A DNA stretch of 64,000 bases from positions 2,016,001 to 2,080,000 of the forward strand of contig OZ220691.1 of the NCBI GenBank assembly GCA_965116475.1, written 5' to 3'. Within the stretch, counting starts at the first letter, position 1, and each line of letters begins with the position of its first letter. Shown here one piece after another: positions 19,820 through 28,006 of this stretch. The position numbers were made by a program, and so were the translations under genes. A model generated the notes under the pieces. That model saw only the letters and a program-made list of their open reading frames with translations. It did no database searches and was not told the origin of the DNA. Source of the stretch: Gemmatimonadota bacterium (GTDB taxonomy: Bacteria; Gemmatimonadota; Gemmatimonadetes; Palauibacterales; Palauibacteraceae).

Positions 19820-20023
19820 ATGGCGATCTTCCGCGTCCTGTACTACCGCGACATCACCGTAGGAAGCGGTGGTCGTATCACGATTCCCTTGGAGATGCGC
19901 GACCATATGCGGCTGACAGATGGCGATGCGCTGAAGGTTCGCCTCGAGGAGAGCGAATCCGGCCAGCGCCAGTTCACCGTCTGGAAGACCGACTCCAGCC
20001 CTAACGGCGGTCTCCGTAGTTGA
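19820..20023 (+). CDS. AbrB/MazE/SpoVT family small DNA-binding protein
   Basis: VGSGGRITIPLEMRDHMRLTDGDAL swapped-hairpin signature; strong SD GGAGG. Confidence 0.75.
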   Translation: MAIFRVLYYRDITVGSGGRITIPLEMRDHMRLTDGDALKVRLEESESGQRQFTVWKTDSSPNGGLRS

Positions 20024-20741
20024 GGGCCATCGTGCCCAGCATCAGGTCTTCGTAGCCGCACTCAACGAACCCGGTCGCTTCCATCCTGCGGACCATCTCC
20101 CGCTGGTCCGGGAACCTCCTCAGCGACTCGGGGATGTACACGTAGGACTCCGGATCGCGGTGTAGCGCCCAGCCCGCGACGCGGGTCGAGGCGTCGAGAT
20201 ACCCGAGGTAGAGGCGGCGCAGCGCCGCGGCGCGCGGATGGCCGAAGTCGAGCGAGATGAGCCGCCCGCCAGGGCGCAGGCAGCGGAAGCTCTCGGCCAG
20301 CGCGGCGTCCAGACCGGCGAAGTTCCTCAGCCCGTAGCCGACCACGACGCGGTCGAACGCGCCGTCGGGGAAGGGCAGGCGAAGTGCATCGGCCCCGATC
20401 CAGCCGGCGAGGGCGGGGCCCGGTCTCGCGCGCCCCGCCTGCATCATCTCCGGCGTGAGATCCGCGGCGACGACCCGAATCTCGAATGCGTCGCGCGCGG
20501 CCCGGTCCAGCGCTCCCCGGGCGAGGTCTCCCGTGCCGGCCGCCAGGTCGAGGACGCGGTGGCCCGGCCGCAGGTCGGCCCGCGCGAGCAGCCGGCGCTT
20601 CCAGCGGCGGTGTAGACCCAGCGACATGACGTCGTTGGTGAGGTCGTAGCGGGCGGCCACGCCGGCGAACAGCCGGCGGACGTAGCGTCGCTTGTCCGCC
20701 GGCCGCTCGATCTGGCCGGAGATGCGTCGATTGAGCTTCAA
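20001..20741 (-). CDS. ubiE: Demethylmenaquinone/ubiquinone methyltransferase (UbiE/MenG)
   Basis: FAGVAARYDLTNDVMSLGLHRRWK, VLDLAAGTGD, GYGLRN, YVYIPESLRRFP. Confidence 0.88.
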   Translation of the reverse strand: MKLNRRISGQIERPADKRRYVRRLFAGVAARYDLTNDVMSLGLHRRWKRRLLARADLRPGHRVLDLAAGTGDLARGALDRAARDAFEIRVVAADLTPEMMQAGRARPGPALAGWIGADALRLPFPDGAFDRVVVGYGLRNFAGLDAALAESFRCLRPGGRLISLDFGHPRAAALRRLYLGYLDASTRVAGWALHRDPESYVYIPESLRRFPDQREMVRRMEATGFVECGYEDLMLGTMALNYGDRR

Positions 20742-20752
20742 GGGGCGCCAAA

Positions 20753-22714
20753 TTAGCGCCGGGCGTCGTCCTCCGCTGCCGTTCCTAGCAGGTCCAGGTC
20801 GCGCACGGTCTCCACGAGGCGGATGAACTCGCCGCGATAACCCCGCGGATCGTCGCCCCGTCCTCTCTCCGCCAGCGAGATGACGTCATCCGGCGAGAGC
20901 CCTCCGGCGTGCGGCGAACCTCGCAGCAGCATGCCGAACCCCGCCACGGCCGCGGCGAAGCGGAAGCTCCGCGAGGGCGCGCGGGAGCGGTCCGCGACCG
21001 CATGCGCGAGGAGCTTGCTCTCGGAGCCGTCCGGGTGCTTGTAGCGGACCTTCACGTAGAGCAGCTCGTCCTCGAACGCGGCCGGGGGCGTCTCAACGGG
21101 AGGCGGCGGCTCGGCGGACGGCTGGTACCGCAGCGGATCCACGCGGCGGGGGACCGGGAGACCCGCGGGCACGACCTCGTACAGCGCGGTCACCGTGTGG
21201 CCGGCCCCGAGTTCGCCCGCGTCCTTCGTGTCGTCGTTGAAATCCTCGTCCGCGAGCAACCGGTTCTCGTACCCGATCAGCCGGTAGGCCGCGGCGCCCG
21301 CCGGGTTGAACTCCACCTGCAGCTTCACGTCCTTCGCGACCGTGAACAGCGTCCCTCCCATCTCCTCCACGAGCACCTTCCGGGCCTCGAGGAGGCCGTC
21401 CACGTAGTGGAAGTTGCCGTTCCCGCGGTCCGCGAGCCCCTCCATCTTCGAGTCCTTGAGGTTCCCGGTGCCGAAGCCGAGGACCGTGAGGAAGATCCCG
21501 CTCTCCCGTTCCTTCTCGATGAGGCGCACCATCGCCTCGTCGCTCGAGGCGCCCACGTTGAAGTCCCCGTCGGTCGCGAGGATGACGCGGTTGTTGCCGT
21601 CCTCGACGAAGTGCTTCCGCGCCACGTCGTAGGCGAGCGCGATCCCGGCCCCGCCCGCCGTGCTGCCGCCGGCCTCCAGGCGCTCCACGGCCGACAGGAT
21701 GCGGGCGCGCCGGCTCCCCGGCGTCGGGGGCAGCACGAGGCCCGCCGCGCCGGCGTAGACGACGATCGCGACCCGGTCCTGCGGCCGGAGTTGCTCGGTG
21801 AGCAGGGCGAACGCCTTCTTCAGCAGCGGGAGCTTGTCGGGCGACGACATCGACCCTGACACGTCGAGCAGGAAGACCAGGTTGCTCGGCGGCAGGTCCT
21901 CCGTGTCGATGGAGGGCGCCCGGAGCCCGATCCGAACGAGCCGGTGCTCCGGCTTCCACGGCGCATCCCACACCTCGGTGAGGACCTCGAAGGGGTCGTC
22001 CCCCGCCTCGCCATCCCACTCGTACGGGAAGTAGTTGATCATCTCCTCGACCCGGACGGCGTCGACGGGCGGCCGCTCGCCCGCCTGGATGAAGCGGCGG
22101 ACGTTGGCGTACGAAGCGCGGTCCACATCGATGGAAAAAGTGGAGAGCGGCGACTCGCCGACGCGGCGGAAGCCGTTCTCCTCGATCCGCGCGTACGACT
22201 CCGTGTTCTGGAAGGCGTACGCCAGAGACGCCGCCCTGGCCGAGACGCTGATGGACGCGGGGCCTCGCAGCACGGTAACGGGCGGCTCGCCGCGAGGGGT
22301 CTCGTCGACGACGCCCGTTACGATGGTCTCCTGCAGTCTGGTCGTCGTCTGCTCGACGGTGAAGTCCAGCACGACCGTCTCGCCCGCCGTCACGGTGATC
22401 GTCCTGCTGGCCTCCCGGTAACCGATCAGCCGAACCGTGACGACCTGCGCCCCCGCCGGCACGCCCGAGAGAGAATAGCGGCCCTCCGCGTCGGTCAGCG
22501 CGCCGATGACCGTGCCCGCCACGAACACCTGCGCTCCGGCGACGCCGACGTTGGCTGTCGCGTCGCGCACCGTCCCCCGCACGGTGCCCGTCTCGGACCG
22601 GCCCTCGGACTGGGCGTGAGATGGTGTCGGGACCGCAGTCGCGAGGATCAGCGCGAGCAGGACGCCGATCCGGGATAGGCGGGATAGGGCTGCGTGAACG
22701 TTCATCGTCGCCAT
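20753..22714 (-). CDS. Secreted VWA-domain protein (YfbK-like) with N-terminal CarboxypepD_reg domain
   Basis: STFSIDVDRASY, EEMINYF, MIDAS DVSGSM, ATDGDFNVG, YRLIGYENR, DAGELGAGH. Confidence 0.9.
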   Translation of the reverse strand: MATMNVHAALSRLSRIGVLLALILATAVPTPSHAQSEGRSETGTVRGTVRDATANVGVAGAQVFVAGTVIGALTDAEGRYSLSGVPAGAQVVTVRLIGYREASRTITVTAGETVVLDFTVEQTTTRLQETIVTGVVDETPRGEPPVTVLRGPASISVSARAASLAYAFQNTESYARIEENGFRRVGESPLSTFSIDVDRASYANVRRFIQAGERPPVDAVRVEEMINYFPYEWDGEAGDDPFEVLTEVWDAPWKPEHRLVRIGLRAPSIDTEDLPPSNLVFLLDVSGSMSSPDKLPLLKKAFALLTEQLRPQDRVAIVVYAGAAGLVLPPTPGSRRARILSAVERLEAGGSTAGGAGIALAYDVARKHFVEDGNNRVILATDGDFNVGASSDEAMVRLIEKERESGIFLTVLGFGTGNLKDSKMEGLADRGNGNFHYVDGLLEARKVLVEEMGGTLFTVAKDVKLQVEFNPAGAAAYRLIGYENRLLADEDFNDDTKDAGELGAGHTVTALYEVVPAGLPVPRRVDPLRYQPSAEPPPPVETPPAAFEDELLYVKVRYKHPDGSESKLLAHAVADRSRAPSRSFRFAAAVAGFGMLLRGSPHAGGLSPDDVISLAERGRGDDPRGYRGEFIRLVETVRDLDLLGTAAEDDARR

Positions 22715-22766
22715 GGTCGCTTGTCTCCTGTCCAGGGCTGAACCCGGGGCCGAACGGTTACACCCG

Positions 22767-22795
22767 TAGACGCCGCGAACGGAAAAAGGGTTACA
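22767..22795 (-). promoter_or_regulatory. ECF-type promoter of the VWA gene
   Basis: Minus strand TGTAACC-CTTTTTCCGTTCGCGG-CGTCTA, i.e. AAC-N17-CGTC with a T-tract. Confidence 0.55.
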
Positions 22796-22867
22796 TCGCG
22801 ATTCGCCGCCGCATCACGGGTTCCGGCAGGGCTGGCATGTCTCCGAAGGAGGGTATACCATGTATAC

Positions 22868-23245
22868 ATGCCCCTGCCCCGCCCTCTCTGCACGCGCGTC
22901 GCCCGTGAAGTCGAGTCGAAGCTCGAACGCGTCTTCCTCGAACAGCAATGGACCCCCTCGGAGGGACTCCGGAACATCCTCCTGGAATGGCTCGCGCTGC
23001 AGAGATTCCCGCAGATCGAGTTCCGGGAGACCCGCGCGGGCCGGCGGGCGGCCCTGCGCGGCGGGCCCGAGGTCTGGGAGGTCGCGGCGGCCGCCGGCCC
23101 CGGCCACGCGATGAGCGCCGCCGTGGGCCAGCGCTTCGCCGGGACGCGCACGGAAGCGCTGGAGGAGGCCCTCGCCTACGCCAAGGAATACGCGGCCCAA
23201 ATCGACCCCATCGTCGCCCGCGAAGCACGCCTCGCCCGGCTGTAG
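22868..23245 (+). CDS. CopG/RHH-DUF433-like antitoxin-type protein (orphan)
   Basis: FPQIEFRETRAGRRAALRGGPEVWEV...AL.YA..Y..QID motif; SD AAGGAGG. Confidence 0.6.
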   Translation: MPLPRPLCTRVAREVESKLERVFLEQQWTPSEGLRNILLEWLALQRFPQIEFRETRAGRRAALRGGPEVWEVAAAAGPGHAMSAAVGQRFAGTRTEALEEALAYAKEYAAQIDPIVAREARLARL

Positions 23246-23257
23246 CCGGACTCGTAG

Positions 23258-24742
23258 CTAGACTTTTGTCAGCGCTTCGAGGAGGACGCGGGCCTTGTGG
23301 CGGGTTTCTTCCCACTCGCGCGCGGGTTCGGAGTCGTAGACGATTCCCGCTCCGGCCTGCGCGTACACGCGGTCGCCGACGGAAAGCAGCGTGCGGATGA
23401 CGATGGCCATGTCGAGGCTCGTTGCGCCGTAGCCGACGTAGCCGGCCGCGCCGCCGTACGGTCCCCGACGGGTCGGTTCGAGTTCGTCCAGGATCTCCAT
23501 CGCGCGCACCTTCGGGGCGCCGGTGAGCGTGCCGGCGGGGAAGCAGGCCTTGAAGGCGTCGATGGCGTCGTCTCCGTCCGTCAGCGACCCCGCCACCTCG
23601 CTCACGAGGTGCATGACGTGGCTGTAGCGCTCGATCTCCATGAAGCGCGAAACCTCGACGGAGCCGGGCCGGGCGACGCGGCTCACATCGTTGCGGCCGA
23701 GGTCCACGAGCATGAGGTGTTCCGCCCGCTCCTTCTCGTCGGCGAGCAGATCGCGCGCGTGCCGGTCGTCCTCGGGCGGCGTGGCCCCGCGCGGCCGCGT
23801 CCCGGCGATCGGGCGCACGGTCACGATCCCGTCCTCGACCCGGACCAGCGTCTCCGGGGACGAGCCGATGAGGCGCATGCCGTCGAGTTCTATGAAGAAG
23901 AGGTAGGGCGACGGGTTGCTGCGGCGGAGCGCGCGGTAAAGCTCGAGCGGATCGCCGTCGAAACGTGCGCCGGCGCGCTGCGAGACCACGACCTGGTACG
24001 CGTCTCCCGCCACGATGTACTCGCGGATCCGCTCGACGGCCGCCTCGTAGTCGTCGCGGGAGCGGTTACCGGCCACCTCCGGCGTGCCCACCCCGCCGTT
24101 GCCGAGCGGCCCCAGCCCGTGCGGGTGCTCCAGGCCGCGCACCCAGTCGGCGAGCCGGTCGACCGCGTCTCCGTACAGTTCGGCCGGGTCGTCGCCGCGC
24201 GCAACCGGCACGGCCGCCACGGCGATGGCGCGCGAATAGAGGTTGTCGATGATGAGCATGCGCTCCGTCGCCATGAAGCAGGCGTCCGGCACGCCGAGGT
24301 CGTCGGGCGGCGCCGCGGGCAGGTGCTCGAGCCAGCGCACCGTGTCGTAGCCGAAGAACCCGACCGCGCCGCCCCGGAACTGCGGCAGGCCGGGCACTTC
24401 GACCGGTTCGTAGCGCGTGATCCAGGCCTCGAAGGCGCCGAACGGATCGCTCGTGGTCTCGGGCTCGCCCCAGCCCTCCGCGGGCGTCCACAGCCGGATC
24501 TCCGAGCCGTCGAGTCGCCACGCTTCCCGGGGTTCGGAGCCGACGAAGCTGAATCGCGCCCAGCGTTCCCCGCCCTCCACCGACTCGAGAAGGAAGGAGA
24601 ACGGCCCGCGCCGGAGCTTCGAGAATGCCGTGACCGGCGTGTCGAGGTCGAACGGGATTTCGATGGCCACGGGCACCATCCGCCCGGGCTCGGCGAGGCG
24701 GGAGAATTCGGCAAAGTCGGGAATGACGGATACGTCGCTCAT
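23258..24742 (-). CDS. trpE: Anthranilate synthase component I
   Basis: SFLLESVEGGE, NPSPY, GSSPE, RPIAGT, EHLMLVDLGRND, FPAGTLTGAPKVRAM. Confidence 0.93.
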   Translation of the reverse strand: MSDVSVIPDFAEFSRLAEPGRMVPVAIEIPFDLDTPVTAFSKLRRGPFSFLLESVEGGERWARFSFVGSEPREAWRLDGSEIRLWTPAEGWGEPETTSDPFGAFEAWITRYEPVEVPGLPQFRGGAVGFFGYDTVRWLEHLPAAPPDDLGVPDACFMATERMLIIDNLYSRAIAVAAVPVARGDDPAELYGDAVDRLADWVRGLEHPHGLGPLGNGGVGTPEVAGNRSRDDYEAAVERIREYIVAGDAYQVVVSQRAGARFDGDPLELYRALRRSNPSPYLFFIELDGMRLIGSSPETLVRVEDGIVTVRPIAGTRPRGATPPEDDRHARDLLADEKERAEHLMLVDLGRNDVSRVARPGSVEVSRFMEIERYSHVMHLVSEVAGSLTDGDDAIDAFKACFPAGTLTGAPKVRAMEILDELEPTRRGPYGGAAGYVGYGATSLDMAIVIRTLLSVGDRVYAQAGAGIVYDSEPAREWEETRHKARVLLEALTKV

Positions 24743-24934
24743 GCGCCCAAGGTAGCAGCCGGTGGCGGGGACGGGGACCGACGCGGACACGCGCCCGGAT
24801 CACCTTGTCGGGCGTGGGCTTTTCGTCTACTCTCTCAGGTCCGGTTCAATCCGGCCCGAACCCGTATCAACCCATGGCCGAGGCACTGCCCGGCAGCCCA
24901 ATGCAGCCCGATAATGCAGCCCAATGAGGAAGCG

Positions 24935-26152
24935 ATGAACACCAGCGATTACATCTCTCAGGTCGAGCAGTGGAGCGCGCACAACTACCACCCGCTTCCC
25001 GTCGTGCTCGAGCGCGGCGAGGGCGAGTGGGTGTGGGACGTGGAGGGCCGCCGGTATCTGGACATGCTGAGCGCCTATTCCGCCGTGAACCAGGGACACC
25101 GCCATCCCCGCATCATCGAGGCGCTGCGCGCGCAGGCGGAGAAGCTGACGCTCACGTCGCGCGCCTTCCACAACGACCGCATGGGACCGTTCCTCCAGCA
25201 GCTGTGCGAGATGACGGGGTTCGAGCGCGCGCTGCCGATGAACACCGGCGCCGAGGGCGTGGAGACCGCGATCAAGGCGGCCCGCAAGTGGGGCTACACC
25301 GTGAAGGGCGTGGCCGAGGACCGGGCCGAGATCATCGTCTGCGAGCAGAACTTCCACGGCCGGACGACGACCATCGTGGGCTTTTCCTCGGATGAGGGAT
25401 CCACCTTCGGGTTCGGTCCCTTCACGCCGGGCTTCGTGTCGATCCCCTACGGCGACGCGGACGCGCTGGAGGCGGCGATCACGCCGAACACCGTCGGCTT
25501 CCTCGTCGAGCCCATCCAGGGCGAGGCGGGCGTGGTCGTGCCGCCCGACGGCTTCTACGCGCGGGCGCTGGAGATCTGCCGGACGAACGGCGTCCTCATG
25601 ATCAACGACGAGATCCAGACGGGCCTGGGGCGGACGGGCAAGCTGTTCTGCGCCGACTGGGAGGCGGACCGCGGCGACATCATGATCGTCGGGAAGGCGC
25701 TCGGCGGGGGTGTGTTCCCCGTCTCCGGCATCCTCGCCAACTCGGCCATCATGGACGTCTTCCATCCGGGAGACCACGGCTCGACGTTCGGCGGGAACCC
25801 GCTCGGCGCGGCCGTGGGAACGGCGGCGCTCGACGTGATCCGGGACGAGGACCTGCCGGGGCGCTCGAATGAACTGGGCGCCTGGTTCAAGGGAGAACTG
25901 GAGGCGATCGACTCGCCGCACGTGGACCACGTGCGCGGGCGGGGCCTCTTCATCGGCGTCGTCGTGCGGGACGAGTCGGGGTCGGCGCGTCCGTTCTGCG
26001 AGGCGCTGCAGGCGCGCGGGATCCTCGCCAAGGAGACGCACGAACAGGTGATCCGGTTCGCGCCTCCGCTCACGATCGAGAAGGCGAGCCTGGAATGGGC
26101 GCTGGAGAACATCGCCGAGGTGCTGGCGGGCGCGGCGGTCGCCGTCGCCTAG
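24935..26152 (+). CDS. rocD: Ornithine aminotransferase
   Basis: AHNYHPLPVV, DMLSAYSAVNQGH, NTGAEGVETA, EPIQGEAG, DEIQTGLGRTG, GKALGGG. Confidence 0.95.
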   Translation: MNTSDYISQVEQWSAHNYHPLPVVLERGEGEWVWDVEGRRYLDMLSAYSAVNQGHRHPRIIEALRAQAEKLTLTSRAFHNDRMGPFLQQLCEMTGFERALPMNTGAEGVETAIKAARKWGYTVKGVAEDRAEIIVCEQNFHGRTTTIVGFSSDEGSTFGFGPFTPGFVSIPYGDADALEAAITPNTVGFLVEPIQGEAGVVVPPDGFYARALEICRTNGVLMINDEIQTGLGRTGKLFCADWEADRGDIMIVGKALGGGVFPVSGILANSAIMDVFHPGDHGSTFGGNPLGAAVGTAALDVIRDEDLPGRSNELGAWFKGELEAIDSPHVDHVRGRGLFIGVVVRDESGSARPFCEALQARGILAKETHEQVIRFAPPLTIEKASLEWALENIAEVLAGAAVAVA

Positions 26153-26247
26153 GGCGCCGGGCGCCTGAACGGGAGCCTGAGCCGCTCCCGGAACCCCGCC
26201 TCCGGTCGACCGGCCGCGGCGCATCCCCGCCGCGGTCCGGTCGCCCC

Positions 26248-26282
26248 CGCGCAACCAATCCCCGGTTGCCTGTGTCACCGGT
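26248..26282 (+). promoter_or_regulatory. ECF-type (autoregulatory) promoter
   Basis: CGCGCAACCAA-N13-GTGTCACCGGT (AAC-N17-TGTC); near-identical copy at 34401-34435. Confidence 0.6.
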
Positions 26283-26334
26283 CCAGAAGCAGAAGAAGCG
26301 GAAGAACCGACGTGTACCCGGAGACCCCGGCACG

Positions 26335-26877
26335 GTGACGGAACCGCAACTTATTCAGCGACTCAGGGACGGAGACCAGGACGCGGCGCGCGCGTTGTAC
26401 GACGCGCACGTCGACCGGGTGTTCCGGATATGCTACCGCTTTGCGGGCGAGGACCACCTCGCCCAGGACTTCACGCAGGAGACGTTCGTGCGGGCGTTCA
26501 CGAAGATCGACACGTTTCGCGGCGAGGCCGCGTTCGGGACGTGGCTGGGATCGATCGCCACGACCGTGTCGCTGAACGGGCTCCGCAAGGTGAAGCGCTT
26601 TCGCAGCCGCGAGACCGCGCTGCACGAGGACCTCCGCGCTACCGGCGGCCTGAACCGCCTCGAGCCCGACGTCAAGGAGCGGCTGCACCGCGCGATCGAC
26701 GAGCTTCCCGCCGGTTATCGCACCGTCTTCCTGCTGCACGACCTCGAGGGCTACACGCACGAGGAGATCGGGACGATGCTCGGCATCAAGGCCGGGACGT
26801 CCAAGTCGCAGCTCTTCCGGGCGCGCAGCCGCCTGCGGGAGAAGCTCGCGGACTTCGCGGGAGAATGGGCATGCTGA
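26335..26877 (+). CDS. ECF RNA polymerase sigma factor
   Basis: AQDFTQETFVRAF, FRGEAAFGTWL, LPAGYRTVFLLHDLEGYTHEEIG, GTSKSQLFRAR. Confidence 0.93.
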   Translation: MTEPQLIQRLRDGDQDAARALYDAHVDRVFRICYRFAGEDHLAQDFTQETFVRAFTKIDTFRGEAAFGTWLGSIATTVSLNGLRKVKRFRSRETALHEDLRATGGLNRLEPDVKERLHRAIDELPAGYRTVFLLHDLEGYTHEEIGTMLGIKAGTSKSQLFRARSRLREKLADFAGEWAC

Positions 26878-27959
26878 AGGATCGCATGGACGACGCGAGC
26901 CGCTTTGCCCGGTTCGTCCGCCGGGAGGCGGCGGACTACCACGATCCGCCGGAAGCCCCGGTCGAGAGCATGTGGGCCGGGATCGAGGCGCGGCTCGTTG
27001 CGGCATCGACGCCCGGCTCCCACGGCGCGACGAACGACGTCGCGGGTGCAGCGGCGGACATCGAGGACGGGCTTGCCGGCGTCGGCGGCGCCGTCGATCG
27101 CCCGTTCGATGTGCTCGGCTACCACGATCCGCCGTCCGCGCCGCGCGAGGCGATGTGGGAACGGATCGAGGCGGAATGGATCGCGCGGCAGCCGGAGGAC
27201 CCCGGCGCGCGCACGGCGACTCGCGGCCCGCTGCGGTTGATCGTGTCCCGGACGCTCGGGCGGCGGCCCGGCCGGACAACGATGTGGCTGACGGGAGCCG
27301 CCGCCGCTTCGATTGCCCTGGCCGTGGCGCTCGACCGCGGCTCGCAGCTCTCCGTGCCCGCCGAGCCGGAAACGGTCGCCGCGGCGACGACGACGGCGCC
27401 GGTGACGGCTGCGACGCCGAACTCGGTCGCCGCGACCGATTCCGGGCCCCTCGCGCCGACGGCCGCCGAGGAGGCGCTGGCGCTTTCCGTCGTCGAGGAG
27501 CCCCTGGAGACGAACCGGCAGTTCGCCGCGGCCGATCCGCCGCCGGCCGCCGATCCGCCGTCGGCCGCAGATCCGGCCCCGGCCGCGACACCGGGCCGGC
27601 CCGCAGCGGACCCGCCGCTACGCGATGCCGCCGCCGAATACGACATGTCCCGGATCTCCCGTCACCTGGACCGGACCCAGGCCCTGCTCGTCGCGTTCCG
27701 CACGGATATCGGCACCGACGAATCGCAGCGCGACCTGGCCCGGTGGGCGCGCGAGTTCCTGGTCGAGACCCGTTCGCTGCTCAACACGCCCGCCGCGGAA
27801 GGCCAGCGGGAACGCGCGCTGCTGCAGGATCTCGAACTCGTCCTCGTGCAGATCGCGCGCCTCGGCCCGGACGCCCCGGACTTCGAGCGCGAACTGGCCC
27901 GCGAGAGCGTGGAACGGCAGGGGACGCTGATGCGGCTGCGGTCCGCGAGCGGCACATGA
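26871..27959 (+). CDS. Putative membrane anti-sigma factor
   Basis: Overlaps the sigma stop; duplicated N-terminal YHDPP..P...MW..IEA motif, TM (GAAAASIALAVAL), Pro/Ala linker, helical C-terminal domain. Confidence 0.65.
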   Translation: MLKDRMDDASRFARFVRREAADYHDPPEAPVESMWAGIEARLVAASTPGSHGATNDVAGAAADIEDGLAGVGGAVDRPFDVLGYHDPPSAPREAMWERIEAEWIARQPEDPGARTATRGPLRLIVSRTLGRRPGRTTMWLTGAAAASIALAVALDRGSQLSVPAEPETVAAATTTAPVTAATPNSVAATDSGPLAPTAAEEALALSVVEEPLETNRQFAAADPPPAADPPSAADPAPAATPGRPAADPPLRDAAAEYDMSRISRHLDRTQALLVAFRTDIGTDESQRDLARWAREFLVETRSLLNTPAAEGQRERALLQDLELVLVQIARLGPDAPDFERELARESVERQGTLMRLRSASGT

Positions 27960-28006
27960 CGCGGCATCTGAAGCGGCACATGAATGGAACCGGACGGAGG
28001 TATACC

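Noticed and set aside
23297..26152. 951-aa RocD fusion and similar N-terminally extended ORFs (1705, 26972, 30890, 16589-18697)
   Set aside because: The extensions overlap other genes. SD-supported internal starts give normal-length proteins.
26207..26243. GC-rich inverted repeat after rocD as an intrinsic terminator
   Set aside because: No U-tract on either strand; function unsupported.
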